A stretch of DNA of 58,008 bases, filler included, from an uncultured Myxococcia bacterium (GTDB lineage: Bacteria; CAZTWC01): NCBI GenBank assembly GCA_964617105.1. It is 3 parts of 3 records of this genome, joined end to end, with 100 filler letters (N's around TTAATTAATTAA, not from the genome) between each part and the next. Parts side by side here need not be neighbours in the genome. Positions count along the whole stretch, not along the records: positions 1 to 19,557 come from CAZTWC010000038.1; positions 19,658 to 38,825 come from CAZTWC010000039.1; 1 more part is not named here. One strand, given 5' to 3'. Shown in pieces: positions 18,691 through 29,988 of the stretch. A model generated the notes under the pieces. That model saw only the letters and a program-made list of their open reading frames with translations. It made no database searches and was not told the origin of the DNA. A program made the translations under genes and the position numbers. Every line of letters begins with the position of its first letter. The stretch's first letter is position 1.

Positions 18691-18965
18691 TTGGTTACTT
18701 CTTCACCAATACCATCAACAATAAATTTGTATATCGCGTTCATGGCGTCTTGACAGTCCTCACCCCTGGTTTCGATGGATATGGTTTTGTCCAGCACATT
18801 GGCGCCAATATGTAAGACGCCCATTATACTCCTGCCGTTGACTCGAATATTATCCCGGCAAAAAGTTATGTCCGATTTGTATTTGCTTACCAGGTTTACC
18901 AATTTGGATGCTGCTCGTCCATGAAGTCCAAGTTCATTGGTAATTTTAAAACTTTTCTTAACCAT
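18687..18965 (-). CDS. ptsH: HPr-family phosphocarrier
   Basis: GLHGRAAS (His15 equivalent) and GRSIMGVL (Ser46 equivalent). Confidence 0.9.
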   Translation of the reverse strand: MVKKSFKITNELGLHGRAASKLVNLVSKYKSDITFCRDNIRVNGRSIMGVLHIGANVLDKTISIETRGEDCQDAMNAIYKFIVDGIGEEVTK

Positions 18966-18992
18966 TTTATTACCTCTTTTGCTCCACGGGAA

Positions 18993-19400
18993 TTATTTTT
19001 TTAACAAACGGCCGGCAGATACTATATTTTTCTTCCCATATTCTTCCAGCATTTGTGCCATTTCACCGAGAGTTAGTTCATTATTTTTACTACGACAGGT
19101 TGAGAGTTTGATCAGCAGGGGTAAATTAACCCCTGCCACAATATCAATTTTCCCCTCTTCTAAAAAACTGAGGCTGACATTACCCACGCTGCCCCCGAAC
19201 AGATCGTTTAGAATCAAAATTCCATCTCCGCTGTCAACCGATTTAATGGCTTTTTCAATTGCATCAGTTATCTTTCCGGGAGATGTATCCAGCGCGATGG
19301 AAACCGCAGTTATGCCTTCCATCTTGCCAACTATTAACTCCGCAGTTTTTAGCAAAATCTCGGCTAATCCATTGTGGGTAGCTATTACAACACCAATCAT
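18993..19400 (-). CDS. PTS mannose/fructose-family EIIA component
   Basis: MIGVVIATH, DLFGGS, AGVNLPLL. Confidence 0.9.
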   Translation of the reverse strand: MIGVVIATHNGLAEILLKTAELIVGKMEGITAVSIALDTSPGKITDAIEKAIKSVDSGDGILILNDLFGGSVGNVSLSFLEEGKIDIVAGVNLPLLIKLSTCRSKNNELTLGEMAQMLEEYGKKNIVSAGRLLKK

Positions 19401-19557
19401 AACTAAAATCTCTGTAACAAAAGTCACCAGATCTTTAAGTGCACTAACCGCAGGTGAGCAATTAAGAATATTTCTAATTAATGTTGCTGAATTTTTTTTT
19501 GTATGAAAATTATAGTTTTCATTAAGATAACCACTGTAAATTGTATTTGACCAAAAA

Positions 19558-19657
19558 NNNNNNNNNNNNNNNNNNNNNNNNNNNNNNNNNNNNNNNNNNN
19601 NTTAATTAATTAANNNNNNNNNNNNNNNNNNNNNNNNNNNNNNNNNNNNNNNNNNNN
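19558..19657. other. Artificial contig linker (44 N + TTAATTAATTAA + 44 N)
   Basis: Six-frame stop 12-mer at 19602-19613 inside an N run; identical structure at 38826-38925. Confidence 0.97.
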
Positions 19658-19658
19658 G

Positions 19659-20828
19659 GAGATCATCACCTGCGGCGCCACTCACGGTTTTTTGCCCTTG
19701 ATGATTACCGAAGAGGCGGTTAGAGCGCAGATTGCAGTGGCGGTAAATAACTATAGAAAACATTTTGGAGTAAGTCCCCGGGGTATCTGGTTGCCGGAAT
19801 GTGCGTATTATCCTGGCTTAGAGGCCATTTTAAAGGAGAATGGGATCCAGTATTTTATTCTGGACTCTCATGGTCTGCTAAACGGTAGTCCTACTCCCCA
19901 TCATGGTATTTTTTCACCGGTTTTTTGTCCCAACGGGGTGGTTGCCCTGGGCCGGGATATCGAATCTTCCCGTCAGGTATGGAGCGCTGAAATTGGTTAT
20001 CCAGGTGACATCGATTACCGGGAATTTTACCGTGACCTGGGCTACGATGCTGACTACGACTATATCAGCCCCTATCTTCACAGGGATGGAATCAGGCGCA
20101 GCCTGGGGGTTAAGTACCATCGGGTTACTGGTCAGGTGGAGTTACACCAGAAGCAGTTGTACGATCCACCTACTGCCCGGGAGAAGGCAGCCTCTCATGC
20201 AGGTAATTTTTTATTCAACCGCCAGCACCAGATAAAACATTTGCGGGGATTGATGGGGCGCCAGCCTCTGGTGATATCCCCTTACGATGCCGAACTGTTT
20301 GGCCATTGGTGGTTTGAAGGTCCAGACTTTATTGAATATTTATTCAGAAAAATTCACTACGACCAGGATGAACTTGAACTAATCACCCCCAGCCAGTTTA
20401 TTGAGCGTAATCCGGTTAACCAGGTAAGCCAGCCGGCGATGTCTTCCTGGGGCGCCAATGGCTATTATGAGGTTTGGCTAAACGGCAGCAACGATTGGAT
20501 CTACCGTCATTTGCATGTTTGCGAAGAGAGGATGGTTGCCTTGACCAACAAATACCCTCAGGCCACCGGACTTCAGCGCAGAGCCCTCAACCAGGCGGCT
20601 CGGGAATTGTTACTGGCTCAAAGTTCTGACTGGGCCTTTATTATGACCACTGGAACTTGTGTCCCCTATGCCCATAAACGCACTAAGGTGCATTTGCTCA
20701 ACTTTAACGGCCTATACCTGCAAATAGAACAAAATCGACTGGAGGAGGATTGGATTGCTCATCTGGAGTGGCAGAACAATATCTTCAGCGAGATAGACTA
20801 CCGAGTTTATTGTGCCAAAACTAGTTAA
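19659..20828 (+). CDS. GH57 1,4-alpha-glucan branching enzyme (DUF1957), 5'-truncated by contig start
   Basis: THGFLPL, GIWLPECAY, YREFYRD, PYDAELFGHWWFEG, RELLLAQSSDWAFI. Confidence 0.93.
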   Translation, partial: EIITCGATHGFLPLMITEEAVRAQIAVAVNNYRKHFGVSPRGIWLPECAYYPGLEAILKENGIQYFILDSHGLLNGSPTPHHGIFSPVFCPNGVVALGRDIESSRQVWSAEIGYPGDIDYREFYRDLGYDADYDYISPYLHRDGIRRSLGVKYHRVTGQVELHQKQLYDPPTAREKAASHAGNFLFNRQHQIKHLRGLMGRQPLVISPYDAELFGHWWFEGPDFIEYLFRKIHYDQDELELITPSQFIERNPVNQVSQPAMSSWGANGYYEVWLNGSNDWIYRHLHVCEERMVALTNKYPQATGLQRRALNQAARELLLAQSSDWAFIMTTGTCVPYAHKRTKVHLLNFNGLYLQIEQNRLEEDWIAHLEWQNNIFSEIDYRVYCAKTS

Positions 20829-20946
20829 GGACTCGTCTGAGAGTTCATTTCGTAGCTATAATTCTCGGACGGAAATATGCATGTCGATTTCTACCTTGCG
20901 ATGTTTGTGGTATTTTATATTTCCTGGTGGACACTAATTGATAATA

Positions 20947-20955
20947 TGATATAAT
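20947..20955 (+). promoter_or_regulatory. Putative extended -10 promoter (TGnTATAAT)
   Basis: TGATATAAT about 45 nt upstream of ATG 21000. Confidence 0.45.
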
Positions 20956-20999
20956 TCAACACGTTTATGGTTTTATACAGACAATTGTTAGGGATAAAA

Positions 21000-22151
21000 A
21001 TGAAAATGAAATTGGTGTTCACCTATATCATTATTATATATGCCCTCTCTTTTGCCAATTGCAGCCTGTTTTTTACCAGCTTTCAGCCAGCGGAAAAGAT
21101 TTCACCGCCAGCAGTGGAAAAGATTAGTAAAAAAATAGTCGAAAAAAAAGTAGTTGCCAAAACTCCTCCAAAGATTATCAATAAAAAAGTTGTCCAAACC
21201 GATGCCTTAAAAATATTACCAGATTGGCAAACTTATGAAACTCAATACGATTTAGCCTGTTATCCCCCCCTGGTCAAAGTACGCCAGCCCAAAAAAGTGG
21301 AAATAGGGGGAAAAACTTATTTGTTTGAAGGCTCGGTATTACGGGTGCTAAACCAGGACCAAGATGATCGGGCGGTATTGGGGGTACTGTCAGCCACCAA
21401 AGATTATTTCAAAGCCTCCCAGAGAAATGTCAGATATTTTCTTAGAGAATTTAAGCGCCACGGGGTGGAAGCCATTGTGATGAATGGCGACATAGCCTAC
21501 GAGGAAGAGGATTTGAAATATATCATCGAAGATGTGGCGGCTATTAGTAAATTACCGGTATTTGTTCAGGCTGGCAATAGTGAGTCTGCCGGGAATATGA
21601 GCATGGCGGTTTTGGATCTACAGGAAAAGTTACCCAACCTGATCAATATGTCTTTGGTTAAGTTTGTGGATGGTGATGATTACGACCTTCTAAGCCTGCC
21701 TGGTTACTACAATAAAAAATATACCCACAATACCGGCAGTTGTATCTATTGGTCCGAACATTTTTTGCCTCTGGGGCAAATGGTAAAATTTGCCAATGAT
21801 CCCCTGGTGTTCGTGTCCCACGGTCCGCCCAGAACTCCGGGAAAAAACGGAATTGATATGATTCCAGACGGAACTCATGTGGGTGACATCCACATAAGCG
21901 AGTTTTTACAGAAACACCAGATTAAGTTCGGCATTTTCGGCCATATTTTAGAAGCAGGAGGCAAGGGTTGCGATTTGAGCGGTGAAACCTATTTGTCCGC
22001 TGGTAAATGGCACGATTCGCTCTATGTAAACGCTGGTTCTTCCAGTTCCGTTCCCTGGAAGATGAATAATGGCACTGTTAGCAAGGGGATGGCCATGATA
22101 TACAGTATCAAGGGAAAAAAGGCTATGTACAAACTGCTAAAGGCTCGGTAG
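21000..22151 (+). CDS. Metallophosphoesterase-fold lipoprotein with atypical metal motifs
   Basis: Lipobox FANC; NGDI, GNSE, SHGPP, GHILE, VNAG; start could be 20967, 21000 or 21006. Confidence 0.7.
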   Translation: MKMKLVFTYIIIIYALSFANCSLFFTSFQPAEKISPPAVEKISKKIVEKKVVAKTPPKIINKKVVQTDALKILPDWQTYETQYDLACYPPLVKVRQPKKVEIGGKTYLFEGSVLRVLNQDQDDRAVLGVLSATKDYFKASQRNVRYFLREFKRHGVEAIVMNGDIAYEEEDLKYIIEDVAAISKLPVFVQAGNSESAGNMSMAVLDLQEKLPNLINMSLVKFVDGDDYDLLSLPGYYNKKYTHNTGSCIYWSEHFLPLGQMVKFANDPLVFVSHGPPRTPGKNGIDMIPDGTHVGDIHISEFLQKHQIKFGIFGHILEAGGKGCDLSGETYLSAGKWHDSLYVNAGSSSSVPWKMNNGTVSKGMAMIYSIKGKKAMYKLLKAR

Positions 22152-22226
22152 AAGCCTGAGGCGATTTGATGGAAACCAAGTAAACCGAACCAAATTATTA
22201 CCAAAATGATTTTACAGGAGGTATTC

Positions 22227-23999
22227 ATGCAAAAGGTGTTAAGAGCAATCTTGATTTGTCTGTTGGTTTTAACCTTACCGGTATCCTCCTTTGGCCAGGA
22301 AGAGGCAAAGGAAGATTTTAACCACCAGGATTGGGATGAGATCCAATGGCAGGAAGAGGTAGCCCCGAAGTTACAGTTTTTTGAAATGAATGGCTATTTC
22401 CGTATGCGGGCCAATCTTTTTCAAAACTTGGATATGGACGTAAATGGCAAAGGTAAAAAGATTAAGTTGCCAAACCAGCAGCAAGAGGTGGATATTAAAT
22501 CAATGGGCCTGCCGGAGCCTGCATATAACGAGCTGGATGGCCGAGAAAGCGATACACTGGCTGGGGCTAATTTGCGTCTCAGATTAAAACCGATAATCAA
22601 CATTAGTGAGGATATGCGGGTTAAGTCAACTTTGGATATACTCGATAACTTGGTTATGGGCTCTACTCCCGAAGGTAGAACTATGGGCTTTCAAGTGCCG
22701 GTACTAGCTCTCAGCCAGACCCAGGTTCAGCCCGAAAAAGGACTTAACTCGGTTTCCGATGCTCTGGTAATAAAGCATGTTTGGGGTGAATTGATGACCC
22801 CTTTTGGAGAGTTAAAGTTTGGCCGCATGCCCTTCCATTTTGGCCTGGGGATTTTTGCCAACGATGGCCTGGATCTTGATGCGGATGGAGGTACCACAGT
22901 TGACAGAGTGATGTTGACTGTAAAGGCCATGGAACATTATTTCTCTCTGGGGTGGGATTTTATTTCAGAAGGCGCGACTAGCGCCTATTTGACCAGCAAA
23001 GGTTCTGCTAACAATTATACCCAACTAGATCCTGCCATGGATGCGGATCAGATCGATGATATAAACCAGTTTGTCTTTATTCTGGCTAAAAAAGATAAAG
23101 AAGATGTAATACGGGAGAAGTTGGCCAATCAGCAGATAGTGTTGAACTATGGCACGGTCCTGGCTCTGCGTGTTCAGGCTCGGAGTGTTTCCGACTATAA
23201 ACCCCAAGCCGGCAACAGTACTCTGTTTGCAAAAGACGACCATTACGGTGCCAAGATATATATCCCTGATTTTTGGGTAAAATTTATCTGGCGTAAACTC
23301 TACCTGGAGGCTGAGGCTCTGGGGGTAATGGGCGAAATCCAGGGTCTGGACGGAAAAGATATCACCATCTCGCAGTGGGGCGGGGTAGCCAGAATGCACT
23401 ACAAGTTTCTAAACGATACTCTAACCTTTAAACTGGAATTCGGTATTGCTTCTGGGGATGATGCCCCCGGCATGGGAATAAATCCAGGAGTTGACCAAAA
23501 TCCCCAGCCCGGTTCTTTGGATGGCTGGCAGGCTCCAGGCAATGACAAAACTATCAACAACTTCCGTTTTCATACCGATTACTATGTGGACATGATCCTG
23601 TTTAGGGAGATACTGGGCGGTTTCAGCGATGCTATGTATGTCAAACCCACTATCAAATACGAGTTAAATGAGGGTTTTGGCGCCTGGTTAGACGTAATTT
23701 TTTCTCGTGCTCTTTATGACACCTCTACTCCCGGCCAGGAAAAAGAGTTGGGCCTGGAGTTCAATCTCAATATTTTTTATGTTTCCACTGATAATTTTCA
23801 TGCTTTTTTACGTTACGGCCTGCTAGTTCCCTTTGCCGGTTTGCGCCACCTGGGCAATTATCAGCAGCCGGGACAGAAAGATCGCTGCGAAAACGGCTTT
23901 AGCGGTTTTGGCGACAGTGAAAACAACGCTACCTGCGGAACCTATTTGGAACCTTCGGTAGTGCAGTCAGTACAAATAAATTTCGTAATGCCCTTCTAA
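22227..23999 (+). CDS. TIGR04551-type outer-membrane beta-barrel protein
   Basis: Signal peptide; NGYFRMRA, ANLRLRLKP, LDNLVMGSTPEG, TPFGELKFGRMP, NFRFHTDYYVD; C-terminal Phe; AGGAGG RBS before ATG 22227. Family recognised from memory. Confidence 0.75.
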   Translation: MQKVLRAILICLLVLTLPVSSFGQEEAKEDFNHQDWDEIQWQEEVAPKLQFFEMNGYFRMRANLFQNLDMDVNGKGKKIKLPNQQQEVDIKSMGLPEPAYNELDGRESDTLAGANLRLRLKPIINISEDMRVKSTLDILDNLVMGSTPEGRTMGFQVPVLALSQTQVQPEKGLNSVSDALVIKHVWGELMTPFGELKFGRMPFHFGLGIFANDGLDLDADGGTTVDRVMLTVKAMEHYFSLGWDFISEGATSAYLTSKGSANNYTQLDPAMDADQIDDINQFVFILAKKDKEDVIREKLANQQIVLNYGTVLALRVQARSVSDYKPQAGNSTLFAKDDHYGAKIYIPDFWVKFIWRKLYLEAEALGVMGEIQGLDGKDITISQWGGVARMHYKFLNDTLTFKLEFGIASGDDAPGMGINPGVDQNPQPGSLDGWQAPGNDKTINNFRFHTDYYVDMILFREILGGFSDAMYVKPTIKYELNEGFGAWLDVIFSRALYDTSTPGQEKELGLEFNLNIFYVSTDNFHAFLRYGLLVPFAGLRHLGNYQQPGQKDRCENGFSGFGDSENNATCGTYLEPSVVQSVQINFVMPF

Positions 24000-24008
24000 A
24001 AGTCATGG

Positions 24009-24116
24009 ATAGCGGTGCATCTGCGGCGCCTTGCATCGGCCCCACTCTCATGGCCTTTAGTTGTTGTAATAGCGGAGCATCTGAGGCCGAAGCCGCAGGT
24101 GATCCCTGTAGGGACG
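24009..24116. repeat. REP-like palindromic repeat (one partial and one full copy, 60-bp period)
   Basis: ATAGCGGTGCATCTGCGGC at 24009; ATAGCGGAGCATCTGAGGCCGAAGCCGCAGGTGATCCCTGTAGGGACG at 24069; matches 28452-28490. Confidence 0.75.
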
Positions 24117-24127
24117 GCTGGTTATGG

Positions 24128-25594
24128 TTATGAAGAGGGTTGCTTCTGGGGAGTCATTATCGGCAATTCCAGGATGAACTCTTTGTCTCCCTGGTTTGAG
24201 TGACGATAATAAAGGTTTCCTTTCATTTCCTGCATTAGGGAGTATGAGATAGATAAACCCAATCCCGTGCCTTTGTTGGGATCTTTGGTGGTGAAAAAAG
24301 GATCGAAGATTTTAGACTTATGATTCACAGGAATCTGAGGGCCGCTGTCGGCAATAACGATTTCTATCATGTTTTTGCCGATTTGTTTCCCGGCCACTTT
24401 GATCCAGCCACCCTCATCATTGGAGGCTTCTATGGCATCTTTGGCATTGAGGAGAAGGTTTAAAAATACCTGTTCCAATCCCGGCCGGCTGCCAGACGCT
24501 GCCGGTAGATCTGGAGGCAGATCGATTTGCAGGGAAATCTCAGAATTGTCCAGCAAGGGTTTTAGCATCACCAGGCAACCGTCCAGGGCATCTTTAGCAT
24601 TTACCACGGAGATATCAGCCAATCCCCTGGGATTGGCAAAGGCTTTGATTTTTTGGATAATGACGGCCATTCGTTTAGACAGTTGGTAGATATCTTGCAA
24701 CATCTCGGTAGTTTTCTGAGGACTGGTTTTTTTGTTTAGTATCTGGCTACAAAAGATAGTTATTCCCGTGAGAGGCTGGTTCAGTTCATGGGCAATACCT
24801 GTTCCAAGTTCACCCAGGGCCGCTAACTTGCTGGCTTGAAACAACTGGGCTTGAATTTGTCGCTGTTCGGTTTCATCCCTGAATATTCCAATAAACTCGC
24901 CTATATCGTCGTTACCATGGTAAAACATCGTCCCTTTCAATATTCCTGTCAAAATATCGCCATTTTTACATAACAGTTTTAATTCCGTGTTTACCGAAGA
25001 TTGACGTTCAATCAGGGGCAGTTTGATTTTATCCTTAATGGATTCCCTATCCTCTGGAAGGAGCAAATCAAAGAAGAATTTTCCCAATAACTCCTCTTCC
25101 CCATAGCCGCTAATTTGGCACAGCGCCGGGTTTACCCTGATAAATTTAGCCTGGCTATCCACCACCATAATGGCGTCCATGGCATTGTTGATAATCGAAT
25201 CAGTGTATTGTTTTGCTTTTTCAATCTCTTTGACCCGATTCCGTTCCAGTTCGGCTGCCTGCCGGGTCAGGTATAATTCCACCTCCTTTTTCATCGCTGT
25301 ATTTTTGATATTCTCAATATTTTGGAGATTATCGATCATCATGTTGATTCCCATGGCGATGGCATCCAACGCATCGGCGCTATCTGAAATATCGGCCTGG
25401 ATGGTGAAATTACCTTCAGATACCTTGCGAACTACCTGGAGCAGTTTTTCTATCCGCTTAGTTTGAAGTAAGTTGGTCTGATTGTATATTTCCAACGCCC
25501 TTTTTTCTATCTGGTCTTCAAGAATTTGACGGGCCAGCCTCTCCCTGGCCAAGGTTTTTTCCAGCGCATCTATTTTTTTTTGGTAATAATTCAT
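24128..25594 (-). CDS. H-NOX-associated cytoplasmic histidine kinase (HAMP-like, PAS, HisKA, HATPase)
   Basis: RERLARQILE N-terminus, PAS VNPALCQISGY, AHELNQPL, NLLLNAKDA, FDPFFTTK, GTGLGL; no transmembrane segment. Confidence 0.92.
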   Translation of the reverse strand: MNYYQKKIDALEKTLARERLARQILEDQIEKRALEIYNQTNLLQTKRIEKLLQVVRKVSEGNFTIQADISDSADALDAIAMGINMMIDNLQNIENIKNTAMKKEVELYLTRQAAELERNRVKEIEKAKQYTDSIINNAMDAIMVVDSQAKFIRVNPALCQISGYGEEELLGKFFFDLLLPEDRESIKDKIKLPLIERQSSVNTELKLLCKNGDILTGILKGTMFYHGNDDIGEFIGIFRDETEQRQIQAQLFQASKLAALGELGTGIAHELNQPLTGITIFCSQILNKKTSPQKTTEMLQDIYQLSKRMAVIIQKIKAFANPRGLADISVVNAKDALDGCLVMLKPLLDNSEISLQIDLPPDLPAASGSRPGLEQVFLNLLLNAKDAIEASNDEGGWIKVAGKQIGKNMIEIVIADSGPQIPVNHKSKIFDPFFTTKDPNKGTGLGLSISYSLMQEMKGNLYYRHSNQGDKEFILELPIMTPQKQPSS

Positions 25595-25619
25595 GCTACA
25601 GTGTTTTTGTGTTTGGCTT

Positions 25620-26168
25620 TCAGGAGTTCTTAAATTTTATCTCAAAGGTACACTCGTTGTCATTTTTGAGCATACATTTAGACTGATGAAAAGAAATATC
25701 GGTTTGGTAATATTGAGCCACCCCTTTTATCAGACCCTCCATAAAAAGACAGAGTTTTCTGTTTGAATGGTAGGTCATGGTCAATGTGTCTGGCGTTGAA
25801 ATTTTGTAGGTAAATTTTGGCGGCGTGGATTCTTTAAATAACTTGATTACTTCTTTGTGAATAATTGGATCTATATTCAGTAACAATTCCCTGGCAGTTT
25901 TAAAGGGTTCAATAAGGCTTTGGTATCTTTTTGCCAATTTTAAAAATGTATATTGGCCAAAGGAATGGAGCGCATTGGTTTGGTTAAGATTTTTCAAGGT
26001 AATGGCCGTAGTGACTAAGGCAAAAAAATCCTCATCAGGGTATGTCATTGGGGCAACGAACACCAGGCCGGATTTCAGGTTTGCTTTTTCCAGCACCGTG
26101 TTCCAGGTTTCAATGTCAAAGTTATCCACAATAAAATCTTCAAAAACATTAAAGATAATCCCTTTCAT
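25620..26168 (-). CDS. H-NOX (heme NO-binding) domain protein
   Basis: MKGIIF start, TYPDE, proximal His IHKEVIKL, PP, YHSNR (YxSxR). Confidence 0.93.
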   Translation of the reverse strand: MKGIIFNVFEDFIVDNFDIETWNTVLEKANLKSGLVFVAPMTYPDEDFFALVTTAITLKNLNQTNALHSFGQYTFLKLAKRYQSLIEPFKTARELLLNIDPIIHKEVIKLFKESTPPKFTYKISTPDTLTMTYHSNRKLCLFMEGLIKGVAQYYQTDISFHQSKCMLKNDNECTFEIKFKNS

Positions 26169-26336
26169 AATTTTGAACCTCGATATTTTTTAAGACCCAA
26201 TGGCCATTGTAGAATAATTACAATACTTAATTAACCAGGTTGCATATATATTATAATAAAAAAATAATTTTTCAATATATTTATGACCAGAGGCTTTCGA
26301 CTTTTGACAATTTTCTAAATTTTTTTCTTTTCTCTA

Positions 26337-26365
26337 TTGACTTTTTAACAATCAGGCTTTATTTT
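26337..26365 (+). promoter_or_regulatory. Putative sigma70 promoter of groESL
   Basis: TTGACT, 17-bp spacer, TATTTT, immediately upstream of the CIRCE. Confidence 0.55.
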
Positions 26366-26366
26366 A

Positions 26367-26393
26367 TTAGCACTCTAAAAAGGAGAGTGCTAG
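26367..26393 (+). promoter_or_regulatory. CIRCE element (HrcA operator)
   Basis: TTAGCACTC-N9-GAGTGCTAG, one mismatch to consensus, upstream of groES. Confidence 0.93.
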
Positions 26394-26489
26394 TAAAAGG
26401 TAGTTGTCATCTGGAACCCCCCTTCTGCTGCGAAGTGAATTCCAGGACGGCAACCAGGTAGAATTTTATTTATTTTAAGGAGGTTTTAT

Positions 26490-28431
<1,942 letters not shown>

Positions 28432-28451
28432 TTTCTAGTCGGTCGTTGATT

Positions 28452-28490
28452 GCGGCGCATCTGAGGCCGCAGGTGATCCCTTTAGGGACG
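28452..28490. repeat. REP-like palindromic repeat copy
   Basis: GCGGCGCATCTGAGGCCGCAGGTGATCCCTTTAGGGACG, near-identical to 24072-24116. Confidence 0.75.
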
Positions 28491-28512
28491 TATCTATAAC
28501 CATACTATAAAT

Positions 28513-28546
28513 AATCCCCTGTCAGGTTTGGCGGGGGATTTTTTTT
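28513..28546 (+). terminator. Rho-independent terminator of groESL
   Basis: AATCCCCTGTCA-ggtt-TGGCGGGGGATT stem (with G-U pairs) followed by a T run. Confidence 0.8.
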
Positions 28547-28556
28547 GAGATATTAT

Positions 28557-29570
28557 ATGCTGGTATTAGGAATCGAAACCTCCTGTGATGAAACCGCAGC
28601 GGCAGTGGTTGGATCTGGTGGGGAACTTTTATCCTCAGTGGTCTCAACTCAATTGGAATTGCACCGGCCTTTTGGGGGAGTGGTTCCGGAAATAGCCTCC
28701 CGAAGCCACCTGGAAAACGTTCTTCCCGTGGTGGATCAGGCCATACAAGAGGCGGGAGTGGAACTGTCCCAGATTCAGGGGATTGGTGTCACCTACGGTC
28801 CAGGATTGGTGGGCGCTCTGCTGGTGGGATTACAGGCTGCCAAAGGATTGAGCCTGGCTCTCAATATCCCCTTTGTTGGGGTCAATCACCTGGAAGGTCA
28901 CCTATTTGCCAGTTTTATCCCTCCGGCTAATCCCTCTTTTCCCCTGGTGGGAATGGTGGTTTCTGGCGGGCATACCTCTCTGTTTTTAGTGGAAGCCAAA
29001 GGTAAATACCGGCGCCTGGGTAAAACTCTGGATGATGCGGCGGGCGAATCTTTTGACAAGGTGGCTAAAATGCTTGGTTTAGGATATCCTGGCGGTCCGG
29101 CTATTTCAAAGTTGGCAACCCAGGGAGATCCAAAAGCCCATAGGTTTCCCCGGGCCATGGCCAAGAGAGATAACTTGGATTTTAGCTTTTCCGGTTTAAA
29201 AACTGCCGTGATGATGCATCTGCGTAAAAATCCTGTCCAGGACGATAATACCAAACAAAAGGCAGATATCTGCGCCTCTTTTCAGCAGGCAGTAGTTGAT
29301 GTATTGAAGATCAAAAGTATAAAAGCGGTTAAATTTACCGGCTGCCGCCACCTGGTAATCAGTGGTGGGGTCGCCTGTAACTCCAGATTGCGAGAGGATC
29401 TCAGTATAGCCTGTCAGCAGGAGGGAATAGAGTGTGTTATACCCTCTCCTGAATTTTGTACAGACAACGCAGCCATGATAGCGCTTTGCGGCCAATACTA
29501 CCTATCCAATAACCACCTATCTCCCTTTGATTTAAATGCAATTGCCAATCTGAAACTGGGAGCGGGGTAG
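28557..29570 (+). CDS. tsaD: tRNA N6-threonylcarbamoyltransferase TsaD
   Basis: GIETSCDET, GGVVPEIASRSH, NHLEGH, SGGHT, DDAAGESFDK, FSFSGLKT, TDNAAMI. Confidence 0.97.
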   Translation: MLVLGIETSCDETAAAVVGSGGELLSSVVSTQLELHRPFGGVVPEIASRSHLENVLPVVDQAIQEAGVELSQIQGIGVTYGPGLVGALLVGLQAAKGLSLALNIPFVGVNHLEGHLFASFIPPANPSFPLVGMVVSGGHTSLFLVEAKGKYRRLGKTLDDAAGESFDKVAKMLGLGYPGGPAISKLATQGDPKAHRFPRAMAKRDNLDFSFSGLKTAVMMHLRKNPVQDDNTKQKADICASFQQAVVDVLKIKSIKAVKFTGCRHLVISGGVACNSRLREDLSIACQQEGIECVIPSPEFCTDNAAMIALCGQYYLSNNHLSPFDLNAIANLKLGAG

Positions 29571-29576
29571 GGTAAT

Positions 29577-29876
29577 CTATTCCTCGGGAAATTGTTTCAA
29601 ATGATGAGGATTGGATGCTACAATATCAAAGGCTTCTTCTATTTGTCTGATAATCTCCTGGTCATCGACTTTTTGACTGATTTCTTTTTCCAGATCAGAT
29701 ACCACGTAGTTGGCAGGGCAGCGGTTAAGAACTATGGCTGCCACATCAAGGCGGCAGTCCCGGCATCGGCACATTGAAGGACTCCGGTTAAGCATCTCTT
29801 CAATCAGCGGCAAGACTCTTTCTTTGAGCCTGTTTTGCAGCACTTCCATGTCGTAATCATCGAAAAAACTGGTCAT
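29577..29876 (-). CDS. ComFB-family protein (late competence development ComFB domain)
   Basis: CRCRDCRLDVAAIVLNRCPANYV...VASNPHH family signature. Confidence 0.85.
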   Translation of the reverse strand: MTSFFDDYDMEVLQNRLKERVLPLIEEMLNRSPSMCRCRDCRLDVAAIVLNRCPANYVVSDLEKEISQKVDDQEIIRQIEEAFDIVASNPHHLKQFPEE

Positions 29877-29988
29877 GTGAACACCTCTTTATATTTTGGA
29901 AAAATCGAGGACCGAATAAAGTTGAATTGGTTTTTGAACCCCTTTTATTTGACGTTCTAAAAGTTTTTCTACAGTAAAGAATTTTTCC

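Noticed and set aside
19602-19613. TTAATTAATTAA palindrome, repeated at 38870-38881, as a biological repeat or att site
   Set aside because: It is centred in symmetric N runs and is a six-frame-stop assembly linker
24009-24116. CRISPR array (60-bp periodic repeat)
   Set aside because: Only two imperfect units, no cas genes, and a dispersed copy after groEL fits a REP-like element
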